Below are positions 1-9,260 of a DNA stretch of 64,000 nucleotides, piece after piece (within the stretch, counting starts at the first letter, position 1; every line of letters begins with the position of its first letter). A model generated the notes under the pieces. It saw only the letters and a program-made list of their open reading frames with translations. It was not told the DNA's origin and did no database searches. The stretch spans positions 800,409 through 864,408 of the forward strand of contig JADKHO010000004.1 of the NCBI GenBank assembly GCA_016721765.1, given 5' to 3'. The DNA is from Bacteroidota bacterium. Its GTDB lineage: Bacteria; Bacteroidota; Bacteroidia; UBA4408. The position numbers were made by a program, and so were the translations under genes.

Positions 1-90
1 AAAGATTCGCATTTTTTTAGGCGCTATTTTTAAACGCAAGGCGAAATCCCTCAATAAAAAAAGATACTTTTGGCACACAAAAATTAAGCT

Positions 91-951
91 ATGCCAACAA
101 TTACTGATTTAGAAAAAATTGCCTCTCAAGTGCGCAGAGACATTGTTCGTGAAGTTCATGCCGTAAATTCGGGTCACCCCGGAGGTTCATTGGGTTGTAC
201 CGATTTTTTAGTAGCCCTATATTTTGAAGTATTGAAACACAGTCCTGTTCCATTTGATATGGACGGAAAAAACCAAGATTTGTTCTTTCTTTCCAATGGA
301 CATATTTCACCTGTTTTTTATAGTGTTTTGGCTCGTTCGGGTTATTTTGATGTGAAAGAACTCAGCACTTTCAGAAAATTAAATTCTCGCCTGCAAGGGC
401 ATCCTACCACGCATGAAGGCTTGCCGGGCGTGCGCATGAGCAGTGGTTCGCTAGGCCAAGGATTGAGCGTTGCTATTGGTGCCGCGCTTGCTAAAAAATT
501 AAATGGCGATGCCCAACTGGTTTTTACCCTACATGGGGATGGCGAATTGCAGGAAGGACAAGTGTGGGAAGCCATGATGTACGCCGCCGCTAAAAAAGTA
601 GATAATCTCATTTCAACAGTGGATGTGAACGGGCAGCAAATTGACGGCTCAACCAATGCAGTGCTTTCGTTGGGTGATTTAAAAGCCAAATGGCTGGCAT
701 TCGGTTGGGAAGTGTTAGAAATGAATGGCAATAAAATGAGCGAAGTGGTAGCCACTTTGCAACGCGCCAAAACCATGACCGGAAAAGGAAAACCGGTGGT
801 GATTTTGATGAAAACGGAAATGGGCTTTGGTGTTGATTTTATGATGGGCTCACACAAATGGCACGGTGTTGCACCTAATGACGAACAGCTAAAAGCTGCA
901 TTGGCGCAGCTTCCGGAAACTTTGGGGATTATTGATTGGTTGATTAGCTGA
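91..951 (+). CDS. Transketolase, N-terminal (thiamine-diphosphate-binding) subunit of a split transketolase
   Basis: 286 aa ORF with the transketolase N-terminal signature HPGGSLGCTDFLVALYF and a GDGELQEG TPP/metal motif. Its length fits the N-terminal half of a two-subunit transketolase. Confidence 0.85.
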   Translation: MPTITDLEKIASQVRRDIVREVHAVNSGHPGGSLGCTDFLVALYFEVLKHSPVPFDMDGKNQDLFFLSNGHISPVFYSVLARSGYFDVKELSTFRKLNSRLQGHPTTHEGLPGVRMSSGSLGQGLSVAIGAALAKKLNGDAQLVFTLHGDGELQEGQVWEAMMYAAAKKVDNLISTVDVNGQQIDGSTNAVLSLGDLKAKWLAFGWEVLEMNGNKMSEVVATLQRAKTMTGKGKPVVILMKTEMGFGVDFMMGSHKWHGVAPNDEQLKAALAQLPETLGIIDWLIS

Positions 952-1000
952 TTAGCTGATTTGAGGATTAGCCGATTAGCTGATTAGCGTTGATTAATTA
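944..1000. repeat. Octamer microsatellite (GATTAGCT)n, about 7 units, overlapping the 3' end of the tkt-N CDS
   Basis: Direct reading gives gattagct gattagct gatttgag gattagcc gattagct gattagcg. The first 17 bp, TGATTAGCTGATTAGCT, recur at 2439-2455 on the other side of mgtE. Confidence 0.8.
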
Positions 1001-1048
1001 AGGTTGTTTGTTTTGTTGGCTGGATTGAAATAGTTTTGAAATGTTTTT

Positions 1049-2434
1049 ATGAGTTTGAACGAAGAAATAGTAAAACCAAATATTAGGGAACTGCTGGAGG
1101 CGCACGATGGGGTGGCTTTGGAAGTTGCGCTAAATTCGCTCTTGCCGGATGAATTGGTTGCTATTATCAACGATTCAAATGAAAGCGACCGGTTACATAT
1201 TTTTAATTTACTCGCTCCAAAATTAGCTGCAGATACCTTTGAATTTTTGGATTTATCGGAACAGGAAGAAATACTGAAAGCCTTGCCGAATTTCAAAAAA
1301 GCCAGTATCCTAAATGAAATTTCACCTGATGACCGCACCAAATTTTTAGAAGAATTACCCAGTGAGGCGGTTAAAGAATTATTGAAATTATTGTCCCCTG
1401 AGGAACGCACAGTTACACTTTCCTTATTGGGTTATCCCGAACACAGCGTGGGTCGATTGATGACTCCCGATTACATTGCGGTGAAGCAGCATTGGACAGT
1501 TGAAAAAGTATTGACCTACATCCGCAAAAGAGGAAAATATACCGAGACAGTAAACATTGTTTACATCATCGACGACAACGGAAAACTCATTGACGACATT
1601 CGCATACAAGAGTTTTTATTTGTTTCGCCGGAGAAGAAGGTGAGTGAGTTGATGGACAATAAATTTATTGCCCTAAGCGTTAATAATGATGAAGAAAGTG
1701 CCATTGTAGAGTTCCGGAAAAACGATCGTGTGGCGCTGCCTGTAACGGATGTGGAAGGTATTTTGCTGGGAATTGTTACCATTGATGACGTCCTCACCTT
1801 AGCGCAAGAAGAAGATACCGAAGATATCCACAAAATGGGGGGTACCGAGGCTTTGGAAGAACCTTATATTGAAACCCCATTGATGATGTTGGTGCGTAAG
1901 CGCGCTATTTGGTTAATTGTATTATTCATCGGAGAAATGCTTACTGCCACTGCTATGGCCTTCTTTCAAGGTGAAATTGAAAAAGCAGTTGTATTGGCCT
2001 TGTTTATTCCTTTAATTATTTCGAGTGGTGGAAATTCGGGTTCCCAAGCAGCAACATTAATTATTCGTGCTATGGCATTGGGTGAAATCACCATAAAAGA
2101 TTGGTGGCGAGTGTTACGTAGAGAGCTTTTGTCAGGTTTAATGTTGGGTGGGATTTTAGGTTTGATTGGATTTATAAGAATTGCTGTTTGGTTTAGTATA
2201 ACCGGAGCCTACGGGCCACATTGGTTTCCGCTTGGCCTAACTGTAGGTTGTTCATTGGTTGGAGTTGTAATGTGGGGAACAATATCGGGTTCAATGTTAC
2301 CCATTTTTTTAAAAAAAGTAGGATTTGACCCTGCAGTATCTTCTGCACCATTTGTGGCAACATTAGTGGATGTTACCGGACTATTAATCTATTTTAGTTG
2401 GGCGTATATTTTTTTAAAGGGAACGTTACTATAG
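1049..2434 (+). CDS. mgtE: Magnesium transporter MgtE
   Basis: 461 aa with an N-terminal MgtE_N region, tandem CBS-like region, and a C-terminal 5-TM domain containing the GGNSGSQ motif characteristic of MgtE. Confidence 0.9.
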   Translation: MSLNEEIVKPNIRELLEAHDGVALEVALNSLLPDELVAIINDSNESDRLHIFNLLAPKLAADTFEFLDLSEQEEILKALPNFKKASILNEISPDDRTKFLEELPSEAVKELLKLLSPEERTVTLSLLGYPEHSVGRLMTPDYIAVKQHWTVEKVLTYIRKRGKYTETVNIVYIIDDNGKLIDDIRIQEFLFVSPEKKVSELMDNKFIALSVNNDEESAIVEFRKNDRVALPVTDVEGILLGIVTIDDVLTLAQEEDTEDIHKMGGTEALEEPYIETPLMMLVRKRAIWLIVLFIGEMLTATAMAFFQGEIEKAVVLALFIPLIISSGGNSGSQAATLIIRAMALGEITIKDWWRVLRRELLSGLMLGGILGLIGFIRIAVWFSITGAYGPHWFPLGLTVGCSLVGVVMWGTISGSMLPIFLKKVGFDPAVSSAPFVATLVDVTGLLIYFSWAYIFLKGTLL

Positions 2435-2437
2435 ATG

Positions 2438-2462
2438 TGGTGATTAGCTGATTAGCTAATTG
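2438..2462. repeat. Second copy of TGATTAGCTGATTAGCT immediately after the mgtE stop
   Basis: gtgattagctgattagctaattg read directly. The 17-bp core matches the one at 942-958. Confidence 0.75.
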
Positions 2463-2504
2463 TTGATTTGTTGATTTATAAAGTTATTGAATTGTTTAAG
2501 ACTT

Positions 2505-2760
2505 ATGTCCTCCTGAGCGGAGTCGAAGGGGGGTTTTTGAGATAGTAAATTTACCATGTCCTCCTGAGCGGAGTCGAAGGGGGGTTTTTGAGATAGTAAA
2601 TTTACCATGTCCTCCTGAGCGGAGTCGAAGGAGAGTTATTGAGATACTAACTTTAGCATGTCATCCTGAGCGGAGTCGAAGGGGGGTTATTGAGTTAATA
2701 GGTTTTTGAGATAGTAAATTTACCATGTCCTCCTGAGCGGAGTCGAAGGAGAATTGTTGA
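2505..2760. repeat. Intergenic tandem repeat, 5 units of about 51 bp (one unit is 67 bp with an insertion)
   Basis: Unit atgtcctcctgagcggagtcgaaggggggtttttgagatagtaaatttacc starts at 2505, 2556, 2607, 2658 and 2725. The 5' core (atgtcMtcctgagcggagtcgaagg) is nearly identical between copies and the 3' halves drift. Confidence 0.85.
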
Positions 2761-2808
2761 ATAAAAGAAAAATTGATTTTGAAAATAAAACTGAATACAA
2801 TTTTTACA

Positions 2809-4197
2809 ATGAATAGAGGAGTTGCCTTTTTTGCAATCCTGCTTCTTAATTCCTTATTCCTAAATCCTTCGATTGCCCAACCTCGTCCTAAAAAAGAAAT
2901 TCCGCTTACGCGTATTCTTTTTGTTTTTGATTGCTCTTTAAGTATGGTGGGAAAATGGGAAAGTGCTACCAAAATGGATGTATCAAAAAGAATCTTAATG
3001 CAAACCATGGACAGCCTTCAAAAGCTCGATAATGTGGAGGTGGCTCTACGCATGTATGGCCATCAATCGCCGCTTCAGCCAGAGCGCAATTGCAAAGACA
3101 CCAAATTGGAAGTTCCTTTTTCGAAAAATAATTTTGCACAAATAAAAAATAAAATAAAACTCGCTCAACCTAAAGGTACAACACCTATTGCATATTCATT
3201 AGAGCAGTCGGGTGCTGATTTTCCGACCTGTGCCGATTGCCGTAATATTATCATTTTAATTACCGATGGAGAAGAAGAATGCGAAGGCGACCCTTGTGCT
3301 GTTTCGGCTGCTTTGCAAGCTAAGGGAATTGTGTTAAAACCATTTGTGATTGGAATTGGACTCGATGATAATTTTGCTAAAACCTTTGAATGCATCGGTA
3401 AATATTTTGATGCTACCAACGAAAAATCATTTCAATATGCCATGGGCATTATTATTTCGCAGGCTTTAAACTCTACCACTGCTCAGGTAAACTTGTTAGA
3501 CATCAGCGGTAAACCCACCGAAACCAATGTGAACATGACTTTTTACGACATGCATACAGGTCAAATAAAATACAATTACATCCATACCATCAACAACAAA
3601 GGCAACCCGGATACCTTACCCTTAGACCCTTTACCTACCTATAAAATGATTGTGCATACGGTTCCTCCGGTTCAAAAAGACAGCATCGAACTAATTCCCG
3701 GAAAGCACACCATCATCGCGCTTGACGCCCCACAAGGTTATTTAAATTTAAAAACGGCTGGCATTAACGACTATAAATCGCTTCAATTTATTGTGCGCAA
3801 AAAAGGAGAAATGGCTACACTAACCGTGCAGGATGCTAGCAAAACAGAAAAGTATTTAGTCGGAAAATATGATTTGGAAGTACTCACTTTACCACGCATG
3901 CTTATTAGCGATGTAGACGTATCCCAAAGTAAAACTACCAGTGTGCAAATTCCCCAACCCGGTATTGCCAACATCTTGATGAGTGGCGCAGGATATGGAA
4001 GTTTATATGTGGAAGAAAAAAATAAACTAAAATGGATTTACAACATTCCCGAAAACTCCACGCGAGAAACATTGGTGCTTTTGCCGGGTAATTATCGACT
4101 GGTATATCGCCCTAAAAGCGCCAAGGAAAGTATTTATACCATTGAAAGAGAATTTAAAATTGAGTCGGGAAGTTCGGCTTCTGTTAAAGCTTTTTAA
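2809..4197 (+). CDS. Secreted von Willebrand factor type A (vWA) domain protein
   Basis: Signal peptide MNRGVAFFAILLLNSLFLNPSIAQ, then a vWA fold with a MIDAS DxSxS motif (FVFDCSLSM). The ORF track begins at 2773; the internal Met at 2809 in front of the signal peptide is the more likely start. Confidence 0.7.
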   Translation: MNRGVAFFAILLLNSLFLNPSIAQPRPKKEIPLTRILFVFDCSLSMVGKWESATKMDVSKRILMQTMDSLQKLDNVEVALRMYGHQSPLQPERNCKDTKLEVPFSKNNFAQIKNKIKLAQPKGTTPIAYSLEQSGADFPTCADCRNIIILITDGEEECEGDPCAVSAALQAKGIVLKPFVIGIGLDDNFAKTFECIGKYFDATNEKSFQYAMGIIISQALNSTTAQVNLLDISGKPTETNVNMTFYDMHTGQIKYNYIHTINNKGNPDTLPLDPLPTYKMIVHTVPPVQKDSIELIPGKHTIIALDAPQGYLNLKTAGINDYKSLQFIVRKKGEMATLTVQDASKTEKYLVGKYDLEVLTLPRMLISDVDVSQSKTTSVQIPQPGIANILMSGAGYGSLYVEEKNKLKWIYNIPENSTRETLVLLPGNYRLVYRPKSAKESIYTIEREFKIESGSSASVKAF

Positions 4198-4215
4198 AAA
4201 TAGAAATTACAACAT

Positions 4216-5169
4216 ATGAAAAAATACACTTACACCGAGAAAAAAGACACCCGTTCAGGGTTTGGCGCAGGTTTGCATGAATTAGGAAAAAGCAATCCAA
4301 AAGTAGTAGCCTTGTGTGCCGACTTAACCGGCTCTTTAAAAATGGATGCTTTTGCAAAAGATTTTCCGGAGCGTTTCTTTCAGGTAGGAATTGCAGAGGC
4401 TAACATGATGGGCATGGCAGCAGGTATGACCATTGGCGATAAAATTCCATTTACAGGAACCTTTGCTAATTTTAGCACCGGCAGAGTATATGACCAGATT
4501 CGCCAATCGATTGCCTACTCCGATAAAAATGTAAAAATTTGTGCTTCACATGCCGGATTAACCTTAGGAGAAGATGGTGCCACCCACCAAATATTGGAAG
4601 ACTTGGGGATGATGAAAATGTTACCAAATATGGTGGTCATAAATCCTTGTGATTACAATCAAACCAAAGCAGCTACAATTGCCATTGCCGAGCATCACGG
4701 TCCGGTTTACTTGCGTTTTGGACGCCCAACCGTTCCTGTTTTTACACCAGCCGATCAAAAATTTGAAATCGGAAAAGCAGTGATGCTAAATGAAGGAACT
4801 GACGTAAGTATTTTTTGCACCGGTCACTTGGTGTGGAAAGCCATTGAAGCCGGAGAGCAATTGGAAGCCTTAGGAATAAATGCTGAAATAATTAACATTC
4901 ACACCATAAAACCACTGGATATTGAAGCCGTTTTAAAATCGGTTCGAAAAACAAAATGCGTGGTAACAGCTGAAGAGCATCAATTAAATGGTGGCTTAGG
5001 CGACAGCATTGCGCAATTGCTTTGCAGAGAATTACCGAGCCCCATGGAAATGGTAGGCGTAAACGATAGTTTTGGTGAAAGTGGAACGCCGGATGAACTG
5101 ATGGTGAAATATGGATTGGATGCAAAAAATATTGTAACAGCGGTTCAAAAAGTAATTAGTAGAAAATAA
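4216..5169 (+). CDS. Transketolase, C-terminal (pyrimidine-binding / C-terminal domain) subunit
   Basis: 317 aa. Motifs FQVGIAEANMMGMAAGM and HAGLTLGEDGATHQ match the transketolase central pyrimidine-binding domain. It lies on the same strand as tkt-N at 91-951 but is separated from it by two genes. Confidence 0.85.
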   Translation: MKKYTYTEKKDTRSGFGAGLHELGKSNPKVVALCADLTGSLKMDAFAKDFPERFFQVGIAEANMMGMAAGMTIGDKIPFTGTFANFSTGRVYDQIRQSIAYSDKNVKICASHAGLTLGEDGATHQILEDLGMMKMLPNMVVINPCDYNQTKAATIAIAEHHGPVYLRFGRPTVPVFTPADQKFEIGKAVMLNEGTDVSIFCTGHLVWKAIEAGEQLEALGINAEIINIHTIKPLDIEAVLKSVRKTKCVVTAEEHQLNGGLGDSIAQLLCRELPSPMEMVGVNDSFGESGTPDELMVKYGLDAKNIVTAVQKVISRK

Positions 5170-5287
5170 ATCAATACTGTGTAAAGCTTGTAATTACTGC
5201 ATTTTAAGTAATTGTCATACACAAATTACAAGCCCAAATTATTTCCTTAATTTTGCAGGAAAACTTGAAAATAATCAATTCAAAAAA

Positions 5288-6424
5288 ATGAAAGTTTATT
5301 TAGATAATGCAGCTACCACTTCCATCGATCCGGAAGTAATTGAAGCCATGTTGCCGGTGATGCAGCACCAATTTGGAAATCCCTCTTCGATTCATTCCTT
5401 TGGCCGACAAACTCGCGCTGCACTCGAAACTGCGCGTAAAAGTGTTGCCAAATTATTGAACACTTCACCTTCTGAAATATTTTTCACATCCGGCGGAACC
5501 GAAGCAGATAACATGGCCATTCATGGGAGCATTTATGATTTAGGAATTGCCCATGCAATCACTTCCAAAATTGAACACCATGCTGTTTTACACACACTCG
5601 AATCGTTAGAAAAACTAGGCAAGATAAAATTGAGTTTTGTAAACATCGACTCAAAAGGGGTGGTGGATTTAACCCATTTAGAAGAACTTTTAAAAACGAA
5701 TCCGCGCACCTTTGTTTCCTTGATGGAAGCAAATAACGAAATAGGAAACTTACTTCCTTTAAAAGAAGTGGGAGAATTGTGTGAAAAGTACGATGCTATT
5801 TTTCATTCGGATACCGTGCAAACAATGGGGCATTATGTACACGATTTACAAGCTATAAAAATACACTTCATTACTTGTGCAGCCCATAAATTTCATGGCC
5901 CAAAAGGTGTTGGCTTTTTGTATGTAAATTCTAAGATTAAGATTAATCCTTTAATACATGGAGGCTCACAAGAGCGCAACATGCGTGGGGGAACCGAAAA
6001 TGTGCATGGAATTATTGGGCTAGCTAAAGCACTCGAAATTGCTTATCGCGATATGGCTGCGCACCAAAAGCACATTCAAGAAATTAAGAGTTATATGATT
6101 AACAAGTTGGAACAAGAAATTCCGGGCGTTTCATTTAATGGTACCGCCAAAAACAATTCCTTGTACACGGTGTTAAATGTTCACTTCCCACCTACCGAAA
6201 ATGCTGAAATGCTGCTTTTTAATTTAGATATAATGGGCATTGCAGTATCAGGAGGCAGTGCTTGCACTTCCGGCAGTAATCAGGGATCGCATGTGTTGCG
6301 TGGGTTGGGTGTGGATCAAAATCGCCCTTCGATTCGCTTTTCATTTTGTAAGAACACCACTAAAGAAGAAATCGATTACACGGTAGAAAAATTAAAAGAA
6401 ATGTTTTTAGTTAAAGTAAATTAA
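5288..6424 (+). CDS. Cysteine desulfurase family protein (class V aminotransferase, NifS/IscS-like)
   Basis: 378 aa. N-terminal VYLDNAATT and a PLP-lysine region (FITCAAHKFHGPKGVG) typical of class V aminotransferases and cysteine desulfurases. Confidence 0.85.
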   Translation: MKVYLDNAATTSIDPEVIEAMLPVMQHQFGNPSSIHSFGRQTRAALETARKSVAKLLNTSPSEIFFTSGGTEADNMAIHGSIYDLGIAHAITSKIEHHAVLHTLESLEKLGKIKLSFVNIDSKGVVDLTHLEELLKTNPRTFVSLMEANNEIGNLLPLKEVGELCEKYDAIFHSDTVQTMGHYVHDLQAIKIHFITCAAHKFHGPKGVGFLYVNSKIKINPLIHGGSQERNMRGGTENVHGIIGLAKALEIAYRDMAAHQKHIQEIKSYMINKLEQEIPGVSFNGTAKNNSLYTVLNVHFPPTENAEMLLFNLDIMGIAVSGGSACTSGSNQGSHVLRGLGVDQNRPSIRFSFCKNTTKEEIDYTVEKLKEMFLVKVN

Positions 6425-6426
6425 GG

Positions 6427-6951
6427 ATGAAAAAGAAAGACGCTACAGCAGAAGTTCCGGAGTTAAAAAAATATTTTGACAAGGAAAATTACAGCACCAT
6501 CATTGTTGGAAAAGAAGAAGAACAGGAGGAAACCGTTAAGGATAAAATTGCAGCGGTGATGCAACTTTTGAGCAGCAAAGAAACTAAAGAACTGAAACAC
6601 GACACACTCAAGATTTTAAAAGAGCAAAATGGTTTGGACATGCTTTTAAAAGCCATCACCAAAGCCAAAAATCCTATCATAAAGCAAAATCTTGTAGCCG
6701 CCTGTTGGGAATCCGGTCTGGATTGTTCAAAGCACCTCAGTTATTTTGTAGACATTGCCCTAGCGGGAGATTTGAATATGTGTATTGAAGCTATGACCGT
6801 AGTGGAAGAAATGCCGGGACCTTTTGATTTAGATGAATTAAAAAGCAATATCACTAAGGTGGAGGAAGGGATGAAAACCTTTGGGAAAGAGGACAAGGGC
6901 GCGCTATTGGATCAATTGCTAAATATACTACAAACATTTGCGCAAGTTTAA
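6427..6951 (+). CDS. Hypothetical acidic cytoplasmic protein
   Basis: 174 aa ORF starting 3 nt after the preceding CDS, with no recognisable motif. It is followed by a strong terminator. Confidence 0.5.
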   Translation: MKKKDATAEVPELKKYFDKENYSTIIVGKEEEQEETVKDKIAAVMQLLSSKETKELKHDTLKILKEQNGLDMLLKAITKAKNPIIKQNLVAACWESGLDCSKHLSYFVDIALAGDLNMCIEAMTVVEEMPGPFDLDELKSNITKVEEGMKTFGKEDKGALLDQLLNILQTFAQV

Positions 6952-6964
6952 ATTTATTTTTCTC

Positions 6965-7005
6965 TGTAAAAAAAAAGAGCTGAACAGAATTGATTCAGCT
7001 CTTTT
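6965..7005 (+). terminator. Rho-independent terminator
   Basis: aaaaaaaaagagctgaacagaattgattcagctcttttttttg: a 7-bp stem (gagctga / tcagctc) followed by a T8 run. Confidence 0.7.
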
Positions 7006-7078
7006 TTTTGATTTGAAACAAGACAAAAATCATAGTAAAAAGCATTAATCTTCGTACTTTCGTGGTTTCAATAACAAT

Positions 7079-8245
7079 ATGAAAAAAACTACTATAATAG
7101 ACCTAATCAACACCACAACTATTGATACACGACTTAAGCAAATTGCTGAAAAAGTAATAGCAGGCGAGCGCGTTTCATTTGAAGATGGACTAGTGCTTTA
7201 CGAAAAAGGGGAACTTGGATTTCTAGGCACTTTGGCAAATTATATCCGCGAAAAGAAACATGGAGATTATACTTATTTCAACCGCAATTTTCATATTGAG
7301 CCTACCAATATTTGTGTGTTTGATTGTAAATTTTGCTCTTATTCGCGCCTGTTGAAAAACAAAAACGAAGGCTGGGAATTGAGTGAAGATGAAATTTTAG
7401 ATTTGGTTAGAAAATATGATGGAAAACCGATCACAGAAGTGCATATTGTAGGCGGTGTGCATCCCAAAATGGGCTTGCATTATTTTGCCGGATTAATAAA
7501 AAAAGTAAAAGAAATCCGTCCTGATATTCATGTAAAAGCCTTTACAGCCGTGGAGTTGGATTATATGTGCAAAAAAGCAAAAGTATCTTATGAAGAAGGC
7601 TTGCGCATCTTAAAAGAGCATGGTCAGGGTTCTTTACCCGGTGGTGGTGCTGAAATTTTTGACGAGCAAATTCGGGCACAAATTGCCGGAGATAAATGTA
7701 CCTCGGCAGAATGGCTCGAAATGCATGAAACGGCTCATAAATTAGGATTGCCTTCGAACGCAACAATGTTGTATGGGCATGTTGAATCCTATGCGCATCG
7801 CGTGGATCACATGGAACGCTTGCGAAAATTGCAAGATAAAACAGGTGGATTTAATACGTTTATTCCATTAAAGTTTCGTAACAAAGACAATCAAATGTCG
7901 CACTTAGCTGAAGTTTCGGTGGTGGAAGACTTAAGGAATTATGCCATTTCCCGCATTTACCTCGACAATTTTGCGCACCTAAAAGCCTATTGGCCAATGA
8001 TAGGAAGAACTACCGCTCAGCTTTCGCTTTCCTTTGGAGTGGACGACATTGATGGCACTATTGACGATTCCACAAAAATATACACCATGGCCGGTTCCGA
8101 AGAGCAAAATCCTGCTTTAACAACGCCGCAATTGGTGGAATTGATAAAACAAGTAAAGCGTCACCCGATTGAACGCGATACGCTTTATAATGTGGTGACA
8201 GATTACTTGAATGTTGATTTTAGCAAAGAAGAAGCATACGCTTGA
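7079..8245 (+). CDS. Radical SAM enzyme of the MqnC/MqnE/CofH family (putative menaquinone biosynthesis via futalosine)
   Basis: 388 aa with a CxxxCxxC cluster (CVFDCKFCSY) near the N-terminus and an overall length matching the MqnC/MqnE/CofH group. The specific member is not resolvable by eye. Confidence 0.65.
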   Translation: MKKTTIIDLINTTTIDTRLKQIAEKVIAGERVSFEDGLVLYEKGELGFLGTLANYIREKKHGDYTYFNRNFHIEPTNICVFDCKFCSYSRLLKNKNEGWELSEDEILDLVRKYDGKPITEVHIVGGVHPKMGLHYFAGLIKKVKEIRPDIHVKAFTAVELDYMCKKAKVSYEEGLRILKEHGQGSLPGGGAEIFDEQIRAQIAGDKCTSAEWLEMHETAHKLGLPSNATMLYGHVESYAHRVDHMERLRKLQDKTGGFNTFIPLKFRNKDNQMSHLAEVSVVEDLRNYAISRIYLDNFAHLKAYWPMIGRTTAQLSLSFGVDDIDGTIDDSTKIYTMAGSEEQNPALTTPQLVELIKQVKRHPIERDTLYNVVTDYLNVDFSKEEAYA

Positions 8246-8254
8246 TTCCCTTTT

Positions 8255-8668
8255 ATGACAATCCTCATCCACTCACTTACCGGTATTAATGCTTCAGCAG
8301 CGCAGTTTCTAAATGCTATTGGCGATAAAAAGGTAATTGCTTTTAGTGGTGAGATGGGTGCCGGAAAAACTACATTTATTAAAGCGGTGTGTAAAGCCTT
8401 GGGCGTTTTGGATGTGGCTTCCAGCCCTACTTTTTCTTTGGTGAATGAATACCTCAACCCTGCCGGCGAGCGCATTTATCATTTCGATTTTTATCGCATC
8501 AACAAAGAGAGCGAAGCACTAGACATGGGCTGTGAGGAATATTTTTATAGTGGCAACTATTGCTTTATCGAATGGCCGGAGAAAATAGCTTCTTTACTTC
8601 CGGATGCAACTTTGCACGTTGAGATAAAGATTAAGGGCGATTCACGTGAAATCCATTTTATTGCCTGA
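8255..8668 (+). CDS. tsaE: tRNA threonylcarbamoyladenosine biosynthesis protein TsaE
   Basis: 137 aa. Walker A GEMGAGKTTF and the SPTFSLVNEY motif are characteristic of TsaE/YjeE. Confidence 0.85.
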   Translation: MTILIHSLTGINASAAQFLNAIGDKKVIAFSGEMGAGKTTFIKAVCKALGVLDVASSPTFSLVNEYLNPAGERIYHFDFYRINKESEALDMGCEEYFYSGNYCFIEWPEKIASLLPDATLHVEIKIKGDSREIHFIA

Positions 8669-8770
8669 TGAAGATTATGTGCAACTTGGCAAATTAAGAG
8701 GGAACGCACCAATCTAGCATCACATTTCGTGTGATACTTTTTGTTAATTATCTTTACTTAAATCTTATAG

Positions 8771-9175
8771 CCCAATCCTACATGAAACCTATTTTCCTAT
8801 GATTCTATGTGTTTCAAAAAAAATATTCTTATAAAATAAAACACATAGGCACATAGGCCAATCCTATATGAAACCTATTTTACCTATGATCCAATGTGTT
8901 TCAAAAAAAACTTCCTTAAAAAAAAACACATAGGCACATAGGCCAATCCTATATGAAACCTATGCTTCCTATGATCCTATGTGTTTCAAAAAAATATTCA
9001 CATAAAATAAAACACATAGGCACATAGGCCAATCCTACATGAAACCTATGTTAACTATGATCCTATGTGTTTCAAAAAAAACTTCCTTAAAAAAAACACA
9101 AAGGCACATAGACCAATCCTATATGAAACCAATGTTTACTATGATCCTATGTGTTGCAAAAAAATATCCTCTTCA
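8771..9175. repeat. Intergenic tandem repeat, about 5 units of about 86 bp, each a near-palindromic hairpin built from CACATAGG/CCTATGTG octamers
   Basis: Units start near 8771, 8857, 8943, 9029 and 9112. Each has a left arm aaacacataggcacatagg, a loop ccaatcctatatgaaacctatt.., and a right arm cctatgatcctatgtgtttc, separated by A-runs (caaaaaaaa). Confidence 0.85.
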
Positions 9176-9260
9176 AAAAACAGTTTGATATACTTACATT
9201 ATGAGCACCCATTAATTCAATCGAAAAAAATATTGCTTTCCCTTCATTTTAATTTTAAAT

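Noticed and set aside
342-857. Antisense 171-aa ORF inside tkt-N. Similar antisense or alternate-frame ORFs occur inside mgtE, the MBL gene, the 1506 aa gene, PorU, the acyltransferase gene and SecDF.
   Set aside because: They lie within strongly supported CDSs on the opposite strand or in another frame, and have low-complexity or Cys/Ser-rich compositions with no motifs. They are typical shadow ORFs.
952-1048. Possible M-box (ykoK) Mg2+ riboswitch upstream of mgtE
   Set aside because: The 5' region is only about 95 nt. It is dominated by GATTAGCT microsatellite and TTGATT low-complexity sequence and lacks the conserved M-box helices and GC-rich core. No riboswitch-like structure is evident.
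2505-2760. CRISPR array interpretation of the 51-bp tandem repeats, and likewise for the arrays at 8771-9175 and 62298-62774
   Set aside because: The sequence between the conserved cores is itself repeated and only drifts by point changes or one insertion. There are no unique spacers, no cas genes within 64 kb, and the periods (51, 86 and 53 bp) are whole-unit tandem duplications and not a repeat-spacer alternation.
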